The notes beneath the pieces were generated by a model, which saw only the letters and a list, made by a program, of their open reading frames with translations, was not told the origin of the DNA and did no database searches. Made by a program: the position numbers and the translations under genes. A stretch of 64,000 nucleotides of DNA from Caecitellus pseudoparvulus (lineage: Eukaryota; Protista; Bigyra: Bicosoecida). Location: positions 240,214 to 304,213 of the forward strand of contig CBFFRQ010000052.1 in the NCBI GenBank assembly GCA_965644315.1. The letters are read 5' to 3'. Of this stretch, positions 46,850 to 58,542 are shown in pieces (positions within the stretch are counted from its first letter, which is position 1; each line of letters starts with the position of its first letter).

Positions 46850-47852
46850 TTACTCCACGGCGATGGGCCCACCCACATCGTCGGTGCCGAGGTCCAGCAT
46901 GACCCCCTCCATGCCCGGCTTGAAGGCGGGCTTGCCACGGTGGGGGCAGGAGGCACAGCGGAAGGCGTCTCCCTTGTAGCACTGTGCAGGGGGGGTGGGT
47001 AGGGTGGTCGGGGGGGGGGCTGTGGAGGGCGGCAGGCAGCGTACGCACGTTGCCGCATGCGGACGTGAAGGACTGCAGCTGGTCTTCGCTGAGGGTGACG
47101 GCGGCAGAGGAGGCAGCTGCCTCCGCCTCGGCCCTGCCGCAGGAGCAGTTGGCGCAGGCGCGGGGTTTGGTGGAGCAGTCTGATGGCGCCTTGATGGCGT
47201 CGGCAGCGTCGTCGCCAGCCAGCAGCGCGTCCTCGTCCACCACCGCAGCGCCAGCGGCAGGCGTCGTCACGCCCCATGCTGCTGCAGCGGCGTCTGTGGC
47301 AGTCTTGGGCGGCAGGGCAGCTGCGGCACTTGTGTCATAGGCAGGCACGCTGGCAGTGAGGGTGAATGCACCGTCGGCTGCCACGAGCGGCTCCTGCACC
47401 TGGAACCCCGCCACCAGAAGCTCCAGGGAGACGTCTGCAGCCTGGCGCCCGCTGGGCTCGGTGTGCTGGTACGTGCCGCCTGGCGCCAGCAACGCCTTGA
47501 TTGCGGGTAGATGCTCCCTGACGGCGCAGCGGTGAGGGCGAGTGTGGCAGAGCAAGCGAGGGGGCTCCCAAGCGTTCGCAGACTTCACGCACGCAAATGC
47601 AGCGGGTGATGTGGGTGCGAGGGCGGTGACGACGTGCGTGAAGCTGCCCGGCTTGAGCAGTGACGCAGAGGCTGCGTGGCGAGCGCTTCGACGCGTTGCT
47701 GGGTTCTGGCCTTCCGCTTGCAGTGCTGAGGGCAACGCACCGACGTCAGCCCGGACCGCTGGAGCCCCAGCAGAGACAGCTGCAGACACTGTGCTGTCCG
47801 GCACTGGCCCCAGCAAGGCGACAGTGCTGGACGCAGAGAAGGCAGCGGCCAT
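46850..47852 (-). CDS. CIAPIN1: Anamorsin/Dre2 Fe-S assembly protein
   Basis: [21 protein letters not shown], spliced SACGN|[19 protein letters not shown] (intron 46982-47048). Two further probable in-frame introns (69 and 75 nt) in the 5' half. Confidence 0.92.
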
Positions 47853-48299
47853 AGTGTGTGTGGCTTGGCAATTTCCGCAGCGAAGTGCCGAGCGAGGGCG
47901 GGAGCGCAAGGAGCTTCAGGAAGTGGCACAGCTTGCAACAGCGCACTCGTGCCTATTCAGAGTGAAAGAAATTAAATCCGGGCAACCCCTGCGCGCCGGG
48001 GGGCTTGGCACCATGTGCACTGCCCAGAGCCCCTTGCGCACAAGCAGCGCCGAGCACGCTCCGCGGCACGGTGCAGGGCAGTGCTGCAAGGGCGGCTCAA
48101 AACAAAAATCCAACGCACTGCACCTGCCGCTCCACCGCGCACTGGCTGACGCAGGCACACCCATCGCGCTGCATTGCGGGTTGCATTCCCAGCGTTTCGC
48201 TTGCGACGTAGCTGAAACGCCCCCTTTGGCGCCGGCAGCGTGCCTGGGGCGTGAGGCCGCCCTCACCAGCGGGAACTGTGCAGAGAGGGCGAGGGAACC

Positions 48300-51200
48300 A
48301 TGGCCATGCTGGGCACTCCACGCACACCCCGAGGGGATGCCAAACAACCGACATGCGCGCAGAAGACGTGGAGGCAACTCACGCTGCCTTTTTCCTACCC
48401 TTCCCACTCCCTGTACTGGAAGGAGAAGGCGTTGATGGTGTTTGACTTCCTGCAGCTGTATGGTCTCTTGCTGGCCTTTTCACAAGCCTGGCCCTGGCCT
48501 TTGCGCTGGCGCCGTGCCATGTCGTACGTGATGTAACGTGCCCGCCCCCCGGCTCTGGCGTCGCTGGCGCAGGCGTTTGGCATGCCGCGCACGCCCCCCC
48601 CCGCCGCCCTCCTCGTGGTGCAGGTGGACCCTCATCTTCAACCTGGACATCCCCACCATGGTGCGCCTGCAGAAGGAGCTGTCTGCCTCTGCGGTGGAGG
48701 TGGCCTCCACCTCCCTCTGGGGGCACCTGGACAACTTCTTTCTCCTGCCATTTGTCTTCGCCTGCCTGCTGGTGGGCACCTTCATCACCTACCACGCCCT
48801 GGTGAACTTGGCGTACCACCGGTTCTGGGACGTCCTGAACGTCCGTGCCTTCATGCGGGAGGTGGTGTGGTGGAACGGCCAGCTGCTGTACCTGCCCGTC
48901 ACGCTGGCCGCCAGCCGCGCCCTGGCCTGTGAGACGTTCACCATCGGGCAGTACCAGGGGCAGTCCCGGGTGGCGGTGGACCCGAACTTGGAGTGTGGGG
49001 GAGTGGGGCACACGCTGCTGCTGGTGCTGTGTGTGCCGCTGCTGGTGATTTGGGGCGTCGGCGTGCCGGCGGGCATTGCCTGGCACGTCAGCTCCTCCCT
49101 GGTGTTCCCGCCCTCCAAACCCCACCGCCACGAGCGCTTCCTGCGGTGGAAGGAGTCTGAGTACGCCTTTGGCATCACGGTGGACTGGCGGCGGGAGCAC
49201 ATGTGGATGTTCTCGTCCTTCGTGCGGCGGTGGTGGCACCCGTACAACCGCGCCATCTGGTACAGCATGCTGGGCCTGCTGGTGCTGCTGCACGCCCTCA
49301 TGCGCAGCATGCCGGAGATGCAGGTGAACTTCTTCTTCGCCTTGGTCTTCGCCTGGACGCTGCGCATGGTGCTGCTGCCGGCGTACCGCGTCGGCACCTC
49401 CTCCGCCCTGTGCCTGGTCATCTGGAGCGCTGCCTCCTTCAACGCCATCTACTCCGTCATCCGCGCCAACGGCGTCGTGTCCGCCCTCACCATCGACTCC
49501 GAGTACTTCGCCTTCATGCAGGGCGTGAACTCCTTCTTCTTCGCCGTCGTGCTGGTGGTGCTGGGGGTGGCCTGCTCCCCCGCCTTCACCTGGCCACGCG
49601 GCATGGTGGGCGGGCACCAGTGGCGCTCCCTGTCGGGCTTCTCGGGGGACTTCTTCAACCCGAAGGAGGCCTCCCTGTACACGTTCCGCGGCACCTCCGC
49701 GGCAGGCGCCATGCGGGGCAAGGACACCAGCGCCCGGAACCCCTACCTGCGCACAGCTGCCATGCTGCGCCGTGTTGTGGCGCTGGGCGTGCCAGCGTCG
49801 ACACCAGCGCCGGCGGGGGCAGGCGTGGAGCCTGACGGGGACGCCGATGCGCCGCCGTCGACACCCAGCAAGCTGCCGTCCGACTTCACCCTGGCCATGC
49901 CCCCTGGCTCTGGCAAGGTGGCGCCCCTCGTGGAGCCGCCGGATGCCAAGGTGTCCCCCCGAGCCGCAGTAGCGGAGGAGGTGGACGATTCCGTGGGGCC
50001 AGTGCCCCGCTTGGGCCTGGGCGGGGGCCTGCACGCCGACGCAGATGCGCGGGAGGGCTCGGCGGAGGGGGGGGATGACCCCTTCGAGGTGGGCATCTCC
50101 GACGCACTCTTGGATGAGCTGCTGACGGAGCGCGACTACCTGGACTTTGGTGACGATTTCGGAGAAAGCGACGAGGAGGAAGAGGGGGCGCCCGAGCAGG
50201 AGCTTGACGCGTCGGCAGGGCAGCAGGTGCCAGGGGCACCCGTGCCCACGTACAGCACCAGCATGAGCCGAGGCCAGCGCGCCCTGCGAGCCCGCAAGCG
50301 CACCTTTGTGAACCGGGCCATTTCCCTGGCAGGCGGCAAGCGCCGGCGGCAGGGCTGCACGGGCTGGTGCGAGTCCAAGGGCTGGTACATGGCGGAGTTC
50401 CTGGGCTGTGCAGTGGAGGCGGGCGACGTGGACCCCCACACAGGGCAGGCCAAGTACTTGTGCTGCCCCTGGCTGCGCCACGGGAAGCAAGCCACCAGCA
50501 CTGCCGCCAGCCTGGGGCAGGCCGGCTTGCTGCTCAAGGGGTGGACGGTGCGGGAGTACTTGACGGCAGGCGCCCGCTCCACCCCCCTGCGCAAGTGGTT
50601 CAGCGTGCTGCCGGGGCGCAGTGCCAACACCAGCGTGCGCATTTCGCAGCTGCAGAGCCAGCGCCTGCTGACGCCAGACGACGTGGCGGAGCTGGAGATG
50701 CGGTGGATGCTGGGCATCCGAGCCGCCCGCACCATCGTCCGGCGGTCCCAGCGCATCCCGCCGGAGCTGGTGGACACACGCCTGGTGCGGCGCCTGGCCC
50801 TGGCCCTGCGCATGGAGCACCGCATGGCGCGCCGCATGCGGCACGTGCTGGCGTACTCGCTGCAGGACACGCTGGATGAGCTGGCGCTGGTCATCGACCG
50901 CTGTGCGCCGGTGTCCATCTTCCCCAACGCCACGTTGGAGCGCCTGCTGCCTGGCCTGCGGGCACGCATGGCAAAGCGCGAGAAGCAGATGGCGCTGGTG
51001 GACCCGCGCCTGCGCCGCATCCTGCTGAAGCTGTTCGCCCTCAAGGCGTGGATGGGCAGCCGCCCCATCAAGAGCTGCTTCCCGGAGGACGTGTACGCCA
51101 GCACCAAGCACACCGTGCGGGGGCTCAATGCCACGGTGGCAGCGTGGCTCACCTCTCGTCGTGTGGCCCCCAGCACAGCGCCCCTCCTGTCCCCACCCGC

Positions 51201-52155
51201 CGACCAAGAACCATCCAAGCCTGCCGACGAGGGCGGTGTGGGTGGCGGGCGCCTGGTGCGCAAACTCTCCCGCCGCAACAGCATGTGGGAGGAGCTGCAG
51301 CTGCTGGCACGAGCCCAGGCGCAGGCGGCAGCAGGAGGCTCCGAGGAGGCCATCCTGCGCCAGCGAGGCTACTCCACCTACACCCTGCAGCAGTTGAGCA
51401 GCATGGCCTTCGGGGGCTCTGCTGGGCTGGCGCCCATCTCCTTCATGCCGGCCATGGACCTGCTGCAGCTGTCGCCCGACGCGACGCTCTTCGCACACGA
51501 GAGCTCTGCGGGTATCCAGGGCGACTTTGGCACCGAGGTCAAACGGCGTGTGCTCACGGATGCCCGCAAGCGCTCGGGGCTGTCCCGCTGCCGAGCCGTG
51601 CTGGCCCTGCTGCGAGCGGTGCGGGACCGGTGGCGCGTGATCCTGGTGAACTGGGAGAAGGCGGAGGGGGACCCGGGCTGCGTCCCTCAGCTCCTGCGCG
51701 CAGTGCAGGGCGTGGGGGACTTCACAGACCAGGACGTGCAGGCGGAGCGGGCGGGTGTGCAGGCAGCGCTGCAGGATTCGCCACAGGAGGAGGAGGGGGG
51801 GGGCGTGCCACCCCCCGACACGTCACACGTGAACACAGTGCCAGAGGCGCTAGGCATGCTGACTGGCTTGTCTGCGCCAGACGCGCGCCTGGTGGTGGTG
51901 TGGTACGACGCGTACTTGGCAGTGGGCACCACCCTGCGGGAGGTGTCCGAGACCCTGGCGCCCATCATGGCAGGCCTGCAGCCGCCGCCGCCCGCCGACG
52001 CTGCGCCAGCCGACACTGCTGGCACCAGTGCGCGGGAGGATGGCGCACCCCAAGAGGCCAAGATGCCAGGCACTCTGCAGGCAGGGGGTGCGGCGCGCTC
52101 CGCTCTGTCCAACCTGCTGCGGCGTGCGCGAGGCAACTTGGCGCAGCGCGGGTGA
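48300..52155 (+). CDS. Large multi-pass membrane protein with long cytoplasmic C-terminus, function unknown
   Basis: LYWKEKALMVFDFLQLYGLL..WPWP; intron 48524-48623; about 8 hydrophobic segments, then an acidic linker and helical C-terminal region; GC3-rich codons. Confidence 0.75.
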
Positions 52156-52199
52156 CAGGGATGTGTGTGTATTTTCTGCAATGCAACGGCCGCCTGCCC

Positions 52200-52908
52200 T
52201 CACGCCTTGACGCCCAGCATCTCGGGCGTCACGCCAGCCTTGGCGGCGATCTTCTTGCCCAGCTGCGTCTTCTCCTCCTCAGACAGCTCCGACGGGATGT
52301 CTGCCACGGAGCGCAGGTTCTGGTGGAAGTGCAGGTTGCGCCACTCCAGCCACTCCTTCTCCAGCAGGCCGTCGAAGCGCTGGAAGGTGCGGTTGAGTGT
52401 GTAGTACTCGTGCAGCTTGTGCTCCTCGCCGTCAGCCTTGAGCTTGGCCAGCTCCTCCAGGCGTGCTGCGGCGAAGTCGGAGAAAGACTGCCACGACGCC
52501 TCCTCGGCGCCGTGCGTGGCCAGGTCAGCGCCCTCGTCGTAGGCGATGGCGGGCATGCCCTCCATGTACTTCTCGAAGGCTGCCTGCAGGCCGTCAATGT
52601 CATACTCTGGCAGGGCCTCCTTGTAGTGAGCCCAGTTGATGGGGGAGGGTGCCTCCTGGCTCCCCACAGCCTTCAGGCGGTTGTTGAAATCAGCCTCCTT
52701 CTGGTTGATGACAGCGCGGGCAGCGGGGGACAGCGCCTTAGCCCGCAGGTAGTCAAAGTCCACCATGGGGGCGGCTGCCTCTGTCGACATGGGCCTGTGG
52801 TGGCGGGGGGCACGTGGTGCAGGTGGGGCGGTGCGGAAATGCGCCGGTGCCAGCGCTGCCTTACCTGCGCGCCACAGCGGCGGCAGCAGAGACGGCGCGG
52901 CGCATCAT
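52200..52908 (-). CDS. Mitochondrial ATP synthase subunit d
   Basis: Presequence MMRRAVSAAAAVARR (intron 52795-52864); VDFDYL; PINWAHYKEALP..IDGLQAAFEKY; helical, about 210 aa. Confidence 0.78.
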
Positions 52909-53223
52909 GGCGACGGGTGTAAGTGTGGACTTCCGAAGCGGGGTGTCTCCGCGAAGTGATCCCGTATCCGGCGATTGTGGAATGTGCAGCGGGACGTGGG
53001 ACTGGCCCCGTGCCGCTCGGTAGTGCTGTGGCCCTGCGAAGCTCGCCATAGAGCTGCGCACTACGCCGCAGGCACTCGGCAGTGAACAGCAAAATATCCT
53101 CCCCGTAGTTAATCTTTCGGTCGCCCCAGGGGTTGCAGCCGTAGTCTGCTCCGCACTGCACTTGCCAGCGGCCAGGCTGGCACTGAGGCACGCCCGTGGT
53201 GCTCTCCAGCCTGCTCCCACGCC
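52909..53223. promoter_or_regulatory. Putative bidirectional promoter, ATP synthase d / NDUFA9
   Basis: 315 nt between divergent ATGs of two OXPHOS genes. Confidence 0.45.
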
Positions 53224-54578
53224 ATGCTCAGCAAAGCTGCCGGTGCAGCGGCCGCAGCAGGCATGCCTGCTGCTGCGCCCGCTGTCCACACTACTGCCAT
53301 GGTGCGTGCCTGTGCGGCGCGTCCACGCTGGCTCGCTGCACGTCTGGCTCTGCCCCAATTTCCGCAGCGCACCATGTTCAACAATGCCACGCCAGCGCTG
53401 CGCATGACGAGCACGGGGGTACAGGCGACGATCTTCGGAGCCACTGGCTTTGTTGGGCGGTACATCACAAGTCGCCTGGGTGCGTGCCGCCGCCGCACGG
53501 CCGCCTGGCTGCCAACGTGCATTTCCGTGCACGCCTGCCCTGCCCCGCTCCCCCCAGCAAGCCAAGGCATCGTCACCATCCTGCCATACCGCGGCGACCA
53601 CATGGACACGCGGCACCTGCAGCGCATGGGTGACCTGGGCGTGGCCGTCCCGCTGCCCTTCAGTCCCCGGGACGAGGACAGCATTCGCCGGGCCACTGAA
53701 AACAGCGACATCGTCATCAACCTCATCGGCAAGGTGAGGCGCGCGCGGCTGCGCTGAGGCTGCCCATTGCCCCCCGCACACACGCACGCCCTGCGCCCAC
53801 CACGCAGGACTACGAGACGTCTTCCCTGCCCTGGGGCGTGAACTGCAGCTACGAGGAGGCCCACGTGGACGTGGCGGGCAAGGTGGCGCGCATTGCAGTG
53901 GAGCAGGGCGTGAGCACCCTCGTGCACGTGTCTGCCCTGGCTGCAGATGAGCACTCCCTCAGCAGGTGGGCACGCAGCAAGGCGCTGGGGGAGGCGGCTG
54001 TGCGGGCTGAGGCGCCCGGCGCCACCATCGTCCGCCCCGCAGACGTCTTCGGGCCGCGGGACCGCTTGCTGTCGCTGTTCTCCTTCATGAACAAGGCGCT
54101 GCCCCGTGTGCCCCTTGTGGATGGCGGGCACGCCCGCCTGCAGCCGCTGTTCGTGCAGGACCTGGCGTACGCGCTGGAGCGCATCGCGCTGAGCACTCAG
54201 CCCGACATCGCACTGGGGCAGACGTACGACCTGGCAGGGCCAGACGTGTACAGCCACCGGGAGCTGGCAGAGTTCGTGTTTGAAGCCAGTGGGACACAGG
54301 CGCCCTCTGTCATGAACATCAGCCCCACCGTGGCTGACGTCATCGGCAAGGTGGTGGGCGTGTGGCCCGAGCCGCCCCTGTGTGCCGACCGCATGACGCG
54401 CATGGGCATCGACAACGTCCTGAACGTCGCCGCGCCAACCAAGCGCCTGGCAGACCTGGGCATCGAGGCCACCAGCATGGAGCTGCCGGGCCTGCAGTTC
54501 CTGTCCGTGGAGAAGCACGGCGACCACTTCCTGGAGATGGAGACGGAGGAGACCATTCAGTTCAGGGAGCGGGCGTGA
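53224..54578 (+). CDS. NDUFA9: Complex I 39-kDa subunit (atypical SDR)
   Basis: ATIFGATGFVGRY, MGDLG, SDIVINLIG, HVSAL, SKALGE, TIVRPADVFG, YDLAGP. Introns 53302-53367, 53480-53557, 53734-53807. Confidence 0.92.
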
Positions 54579-54744
54579 TGCGCCAAAATGCAGCGTTGCA
54601 GGCACCCCGCCCTCTTGCATTATGCAAATCCTTTTGGCATGCTGCTGTGACGGCGTCTAGGTGGCCTCGCGAGCGTCGCCTGCATCGCCTTTGGCCTGCG
54701 GAAACTGCTCCCCAACCTGTCACCCCGCCACGCCTCCTGCACCC

Positions 54745-56273
54745 ATGGCAGCCAGCGCTGACACCGTGTTCACCTGCCCCCAGCAGCATGTTGGCATTCA
54801 CCGCAAGGGGCGCCTGCTGGCAGGCTCCACATCCTCCGTCATGCGCGTGAACCAGCTGGATTTCCTGCACGAGCTCGGGGACGGCTCCTACGCAACCGTC
54901 TGGGCGGCCATCCAGAACTGGGACAGCGGCGCACACTCACCCGTTGGTGCGTGAGCCGTCGGCACATTGTATGCAGTGCAGCTTACACGCAGGTGCAGCG
55001 CCCCACCTGCCCCGCTGCAGCTGTGAAGGCCATGGACAAGGCCAAACTCGGCGCAGTGCGCTTCGCGGGGTCGCAGGGAGGTGCTGGGGAGCGAGGTCTG
55101 GCGTCGGGCCCCACGGCACTGGACCTCGTTCGGCGGGAGGTGGCCATCCACAGCAGCCTCTTCTTCCGGCACATCCCCTTGCTCCTGCTGGCCGTGGATG
55201 AGCAGGTGGCAGTGCAGGGAGACGGGCTAGCCGATGAAGAGGTGCTGGAGGCAGTGCGCGAAGGGCAGGCCTCCGTGCCTCATCTGCCCAGCACCCACAT
55301 GTACCTCGTCTCTGAGCTGTGTCGAGGCGGCTCCCTCATGCAGGAGGCAGTGGTGGGGGGGGTGGCCGGCTTTGCCGTGCAGCAGGCCAGCCCCGACCGC
55401 ACAGTGCAGATTGGCGCTTTCACGTGCCTGCAGCCCGACCTGGCGGCGTGGTACACACTGCACCTGCTGCGTGCCCTGACCCACGTCCATGCACGGGGCA
55501 TCGCACATCGGGACGTCAAGCCCAGCAACATCCTGCTGTCCAGCTCGCCCTTCGACATGGCCCTGCTGGGTGACTGGGGCTCGGCAGTGGACGTGTCAGG
55601 GCGCACTGGCAAGGAGGGGGCCACCGTGCGCACCAGCAGCAACCTGCCCGACACCAGGTACGCAGTGAGCGACCCGCCCTGTGAGTCTGACTGGCTGGAC
55701 GTGACACCGCCCTTCGAGGGGGGCGACCTCGTGTCCGACACGCAAGTGTTGACGGCGGCCTTCCAAGCCCCCGAGTGCATCACGGACCAGGAGTACTGCC
55801 CGCTCAAGTACGATGTGTGGTCGCTGGGGGTGAGCGTGTTCTGCATGCTGCAGGGGGCGCTGCCCTGGACCGCCTCCCACGAAGCAGGCGTGTTCGAGCA
55901 AATCGCCGACCCTGCGTACGAGTGGGCGGGCGCCGCCCAGCAGGGTGCCTCGCTGGCGCCGGCAGGGGAAGATGAGTGTGTGGAAGACTGCCCGCCTCCT
56001 CCAGGGCCCCCGCCAGCACCCGCCGGCATGCCTGGCTGGTCGCCAGCGCCGCCCACTGCAGCTCCTCAGCTGTCTGCCGAGGCACTCGCCTTTATCGCTG
56101 CCGCCCTGACTCGCGACCCGAAGGAACGCCCCACGGCAGCACAACTTCAACTGCACCCTTGGCTGGCCAGTGCCAGGGCGAGGTACAGCACTGCCCACGC
56201 GGAGACGCTGCAGACCATCCTTGCAGAGACGGAGAAGCGGGCTGCCGCGAAAGCCCCCGACGCGTCAAAATAA
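54745..56273 (+). CDS. Divergent Ser/Thr kinase, CaMKK-like
   Basis: VNQLDFLHELGDGSYATV, AVK (intron 54947-55020), REVAIH, HRDVKPSNILL, DWG, TAAFQAPE, DVWSLGV. Confidence 0.85.
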
Positions 56274-56419
56274 AAAAATCACATTTTGATACCACGCACA
56301 GGCGCGAATTTGCCACACACTTTCCCTTGCTCGCTCCCATCCGTGCCCAGCAGCGTGGCTCGGAGCAGCGACTTGACTGTGTCACCGTGCGAGGGTGAGG
56401 CAGTGACACACAGGCAGAC

Positions 56420-57277
56420 ATGGCCGGCGCGAACCTCCCCCCTGGGACGCTCATGCGCATCGTGAAGGAAATCAAAGGCCTGGCCGCCTCACCCCCCGAG
56501 GGGGTGCACTTCATCCCCCATGATACGATGGGCGAGGTGGTGGCAGACATTGATGGGCCAGGTGCGTAGTGCCAACGCTCGCGAAACGCCACCAGTGCCT
56601 TGCACGCGCGAGCGCGCCATGCCAAGCGCAGAGGACACACCCTACTTCGGAGGGAAGTTCCGTGTGAAGCTGGTGCTGGGGGATGAGTACCCCTCTGCCC
56701 CCCCGAAGGGTGAGTGAGGGCGGTGAGCCGCGCAACGCCTTTGGCGCGGTGGGCAGCAGCACCTGCCGCACCTTGCGCAGGGTACTTCATGACGAAGATC
56801 TTCCACCCCAACATCTCCGACGGCGGGGACATTTGCGTGAACACCCTGAAGCGTGACTGGAAGACGTCCAACAGCCTCAGCCACGTGCTGCAGGTCATCC
56901 GCTGCCTTCTCATCGTGCCCTTCCCCGAGTCCTCCCTCAACGACGACGCCGGCAGGCTGTTCATGGACAGCTACGACGACTACGCGAAGAAGGCCTCCCT
57001 GCTGACGAAGATCCACGCCATGGACAGCCAGGGGCTGGGCGCTGCCCCCAGTGTGGCAGCCGGGGCGGCAGGCGCCGCCACGCCCTCCTGCTCGGCTGCC
57101 GCCTCCAGTGTCGAGGCGCTGCCAGCTGTGGCACAGGGTGCAGGCAAGGCGCCCAGCAGCCCGCTGCACGGCGGCGCGCTGCTGGAGAGCGCGCCCAAGA
57201 AGGCCAAGCGGTCTGGGACGAGCAAGCGTGCCGCTGGCAGCAAGAGCAGCAAGCGCAAGGGGCTCAAGCGGCTGTGA
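56420..57277 (+). CDS. UBE2S: Ubiquitin-conjugating enzyme E2 S
   Basis: TPYFGGKF, YFMTKIFHPNI..GDICVNTLKRDW, IRCLLIVPFPESSLN, C-terminal KRKGLKRL. Introns 56562-56631 and 56710-56780. Confidence 0.93.
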
Positions 57278-57290
57278 TGCATTGAATGCA
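57278..57290. terminator. Palindromic TGCATTgAATGCA between convergent UBE2S and RPB5 stops; candidate bidirectional 3'-end signal
   Basis: Perfect 6-bp inverted repeat giving one AATGCA per strand in a 25-nt gap; the same hexamer follows many other stops. Confidence 0.45.
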
Positions 57291-57302
57291 CTGGCGCCGT
57301 GC

Positions 57303-58096
57303 CTACAGCACGATGCGGTAGGTGACATAGCGCCCGGCAGTCTCACTCTTGCGCACGATCTTGACGACGTCCCCGGGGCGCAGGCCGTAGTACCGCGCCA
57401 CGGGGTCGTTCTGCTGGATGCGGGGCAGCTGGTTCTCCCGCAGGCTGTACCGACCCAGCAGGGCGGCCTTCTGTCCTTCATCCAGGAGCTGGTGCTCCGG
57501 CACCAGCTCGTGCTCTGTGATGTCCACCAGCAGCTCTTCCTGACGGAAGGTCTCCACGATGATGTCTGGGCCCAGGTCCTTCAGCAAGTCCCGGGCGAAG
57601 GCGCTGAACTTGCCGCTGAGGATGATGATGCCCCGCCGAGCCGTGTCGGGCAGGCGGGCAGCGTACTTCTTCGCCACCGCCACGCTGAGGTCCCCCTCGG
57701 GGAAAAACACCATCATCCGGTCGTCAGAGCCCTTGCCCTTGCGCCCCACTGTCATCTCCAGCGCGCTCATGTCCGGCGAGGCGCCAAACTGCGAGGCGGG
57801 GAGCGCCAGTGTGCTGCCACGGCGTCGTTGACACCCATCGCGCACAGCCTGCACACCTTTCTCAGAAATCCAGCTGCGTCCAGTTCCAGGTCTTCGTCCA
57901 GCACATCATACCCCCTGCACAGCGGCGCAAGGCAGCGCAAGGCGGTGCCGGCGCGCAGGTGCGGAACATGGGCTTGGCAGGAAACCCACCGCTTGTGCAG
58001 CATTTTGGCCACTGTCTTGCGCACCCGCAGCAGCTTCGAAACTTTGTCAGACAACACGGCAGACTCGCTCGCGCCACCGCCCAGAGCCGCCGCCAT
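57303..58096 (-). CDS. RPB5: RNA polymerases I/II/III shared subunit RPB5
   Basis: RVRKTVAKML..RGY, ELLVDITEHELVPEH, QLPRIQQNDPVARYYGL, SETAGRYVTYR. Introns 57915-57989 and 57789-57856. Confidence 0.95.
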
Positions 58097-58542
58097 GCCT
58101 GCGGCTGCTCGGGAAGCCCTTGGCACTGCTTGCAACTGGCTTTCACAGCCCAGAGCCTGGCCCTGCACTAAAGCGCCCGCGCACTCTCACAAAGCTACTA
58201 TCAGCGGAGCTGCAGCGGGGCTCGGAACATAAGCTCTAACCTTGCGTGGTGTGTACGTTGGGTTGGGGAATTGTGTCAATGTTGCGATGCCTCCTGTGCG
58301 GATTAGGGCCGGCAACCCGGTGTGTCCAGCCCCCGCTGCCTCTGCGCAGCCCAGCTGAGCGCAAGTAGGACAGGGCAGGGGGTGCTGCAGGCATGACCGC
58401 CGCTTGGAGTGTAGGGGATGGGGCCGCAGCCTGCCTGATCGGGCGCAGCGCATTGACCTGGCTGGGACAAATTCACATAGGCCTCCAGCTCCGTGCAGCG
58501 TCACCTCACACTGGTGAAGGCAGAGCAACCACACACCACACC

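Noticed and set aside
46140-47909. 589-aa ORF as a single long anamorsin
   Set aside because: It reads through introns; splicing 46982-47048 restores the second Cys motif and ends at 46850. The remainder is antisense to NOL12.
48379-51498. 1039-aa minus-strand ORF
   Set aside because: Exact antisense of the membrane-protein gene with typical shadow composition; no motifs
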